DNA of 63,313 nucleotides, the filler included, from Basidioascus undulatus (lineage: Eukaryota), in assembly GCA_000826855.1 (NCBI GenBank). It is 4 parts of 4 records of this genome, joined end to end, with 100 filler letters (N's around TTAATTAATTAA, not from the genome) between each part and the next. Parts side by side here need not be neighbours in the genome. Positions count along the whole stretch, not along the records: positions 47,600 to 63,313 come from JTLS01000628.1; 3 more parts are not named here. One strand, given 5' to 3'. Each line of letters opens with the position of its first letter. The stretch's first letter is position 1. The notes under the pieces were generated by a model. It was not told the origin of the DNA and did no database searches. It worked only from the letters and a program-made list of their open reading frames with translations. Shown piece after piece: positions 61,542 to 63,313 of the stretch. The position numbers and the translations under genes are program-made.

Positions 61542-62745
61542 ATGCGGAACCTCGCCTTTCTTCCCCCGGAACTGCTCACGCTCATTGCCGAGCTACTTTT
61601 CATCACTGATCATGTCATCGAATCAACCGACGGGGACGATAATGTGGTTGTCCGCAACCCAGACCTTGCAGCGCTCTCGCAGGTGTCCCGCTCCTTCCGA
61701 AGCATCGCGCTTCCGCTGCTCTTCCGCAAGCTCGTCGTCGAGCACGACGGCGTGCTGGACTTTCTGATTGCTACCCCTGACCTGGCCGGGCTTGTACAGT
61801 GCGCATGCTGCATTGACACATTCGCAAAGGCGGGTCGACTGACTCCTTTTTTCGCAGATCCCTCGTCTTCTTCGCCCCTGACGAACTCCCGGTCGAAAGG
61901 GACCTCTGCACCTACTCGCGCAAGCTGCAGCGCGTCTTCGCCCTCCTTCCCCAGCTCAGCTCTCTCGTCCTCGACTCTCGGCGTTCAATCGCCGCGCTCG
62001 ACCCGGGCGCGCTCGAGTACTGGCTCGACCTGCCATGGTCGACGCTCCTCGCCGCCCTGCCGTCCAACACTAGCACGTCCGGCCAGCTCACGCGCCTGTC
62101 GGTCTTGAACGTTGCATATCTGGAGACGACCGCCGATTTTTGCCACACTTTGAAGGACATGGTCTGTGGTGCGGGCGCATCGCTCCGCGTGCTGGACGTC
62201 GAGGAGCGCAGCTTCGGCTTGTCGCTCTTCCTCGATACCATCTCGCCGGCGTGCCCGAATCTCGAGGCACTCTCCGTGCTCCATACGGACTTGCACGATA
62301 GCTTCCAGCCAGCACATGCGCGTCTTCTTCTTTCCAACCCAACGGCCTGTCTTGCTAACGCAGCCCTGGTTCTCAACAGCCTTACTATCCGGACGCCTTC
62401 AGCCGCTTCCACCGGCTACGTGTCCTGCGGCTTAGCAGCCACCTCGACTACGACGACCCTCGTCCCTTCTCTCCACCGCCTCCTCCGGCGGACAGTTCTC
62501 GTCCCTGGCCGGCTGCGAGCCGCGCACGGCACCGTGCAGCGTCCGCTGCGCTCTTCAGCGGCCATCCCACGCTACGGGTCGTTGCGTGGTGCCGATACCT
62601 GCACGGTGTCAGTCCGCTCGACATACCCGTTAGCGCCGCAAGAGACTGGATCGTGTACCGGTGGGCGAGGAATGGGGGTCCGGAAGAACCGGAACTCGTG
62701 TACGAAGGACGTGCATGGGAGCAAATGGATCGAACGTTCTCCTAG
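61542..62745 (+). CDS. F-box-like protein with LRR-like region, 3 exons
   Basis: LAFLPPELLTLIAELL..LAALSQVSRSFRSIALPLLFRKLVV; LRVLDV, CPNLEALSV, LRVLRL; second intron probably GC-AG (62318-62379). Confidence 0.78.
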
Positions 62746-62853
62746 TCGAGCTCCCTTCTGGCCGACCGGTCACGCGAAAGAAAATGACATATTGCTATGT
62801 AGAATAAAACTACGCAGTGCTGAGTAGACTATGCGCCATCCCGTCGTCGGCCT

Positions 62854-63313
62854 CTAGTCATCTGCCAACTCCTCCCAATCGCCCACCGCATCCTCCGCCT
62901 TCTCTACCTCCGGCGCCTTCTTCTCGCGCTCTTTCGACTTCGGCCGCCCATGCGCGACCAGCGGGCTCGGCACGCGCGTCACGGGCGCGCTGACCCTGGC
63001 GCCGAGCGCCGCACCCGACGTTGATGCAGCGGCCTGCGCCGTCGGCGGCGGGGTGCTCCAGGCCGATCTGGGCGTGGTCGGCGCGGGCGGATCAGCTGCC
63101 ACAGCCGCGGCGGCGCTCCATGGGCTAGCGGGCCTTGAAGCTGACGCAGAGTGCGTTGCGCTGGCGGATCCCCACGCCGACGGCTTGGGCGCTGCGGCCG
63201 CGGCGCTCCCGATATCGGGGTGGGACCCTCCTCCGCCCCGACGCAGCTCGATGACCCCCGTCGCGTGCTGTCGGCGCGCTTTGGCAGCCTCCGTGAGGAG
63301 TGGGGAGGGGATG
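62854..63313 (-). CDS. 3' end of an unidentified gene with low-complexity tail ending DWEELADD*
   Basis: Open GC-rich frame from the window edge to TAG; possibly an NF-X1/FAP1-like tail, not supportable from this fragment alone. Confidence 0.55.
   Translation of the reverse strand, partial: IPSPLLTEAAKARRQHATGVIELRRGGGGSHPDIGSAAAAAPKPSAWGSASATHSASASRPASPWSAAAAVAADPPAPTTPRSAWSTPPPTAQAAASTSGAALGARVSAPVTRVPSPLVAHGRPKSKEREKKAPEVEKAEDAVGDWEELADD

Overview
Eukaryotic DNA from an intron-rich, GC-rich basidiomycete fungus (GTGCGT/GTGAGT donors, CTGAC/CTAAC branch sites, mostly 50-100 nt introns), so the six-frame ORFs are mainly exon fragments or antisense shadows. Gene models were spliced by eye and product calls come from recognised motifs, not database searches. 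The window is four contigs (15815, 15769, 15715 and 15714 bp, in descending length) joined by 100-nt N44-TTAATTAATTAA-N44 linkers; neighbourhood across linkers is probably meaningless. Contig 1: glycogen phosphorylase (~32 introns), secreted PhoD phosphatase, UBE2S. Contig 2: an HRREGD-motif protein, a decayed Crypton-like tyrosine-recombinase element, a Cys-rich membrane protein, MON2, RSC7-like. Contig 3: Rco1-like PHD protein, a gamma-glutamylcyclotransferase (AIG2/GGCT) domain spliced in frame to an Egt2-like PLP C-S lyase, RPP0, a CCCH protein, an aryl-alcohol dehydrogenase pseudogene, SLM1-like. Contig 4: several pseudogenes including an inverted BTB pair, TMA16, mitoferrin, a CpG-depleted transposon relic and an F-box-like gene. 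The most interesting candidate is the GGCT/C-S lyase fusion, a possible one-polypeptide route from gamma-glutamyl-cysteine conjugates to free thiols.
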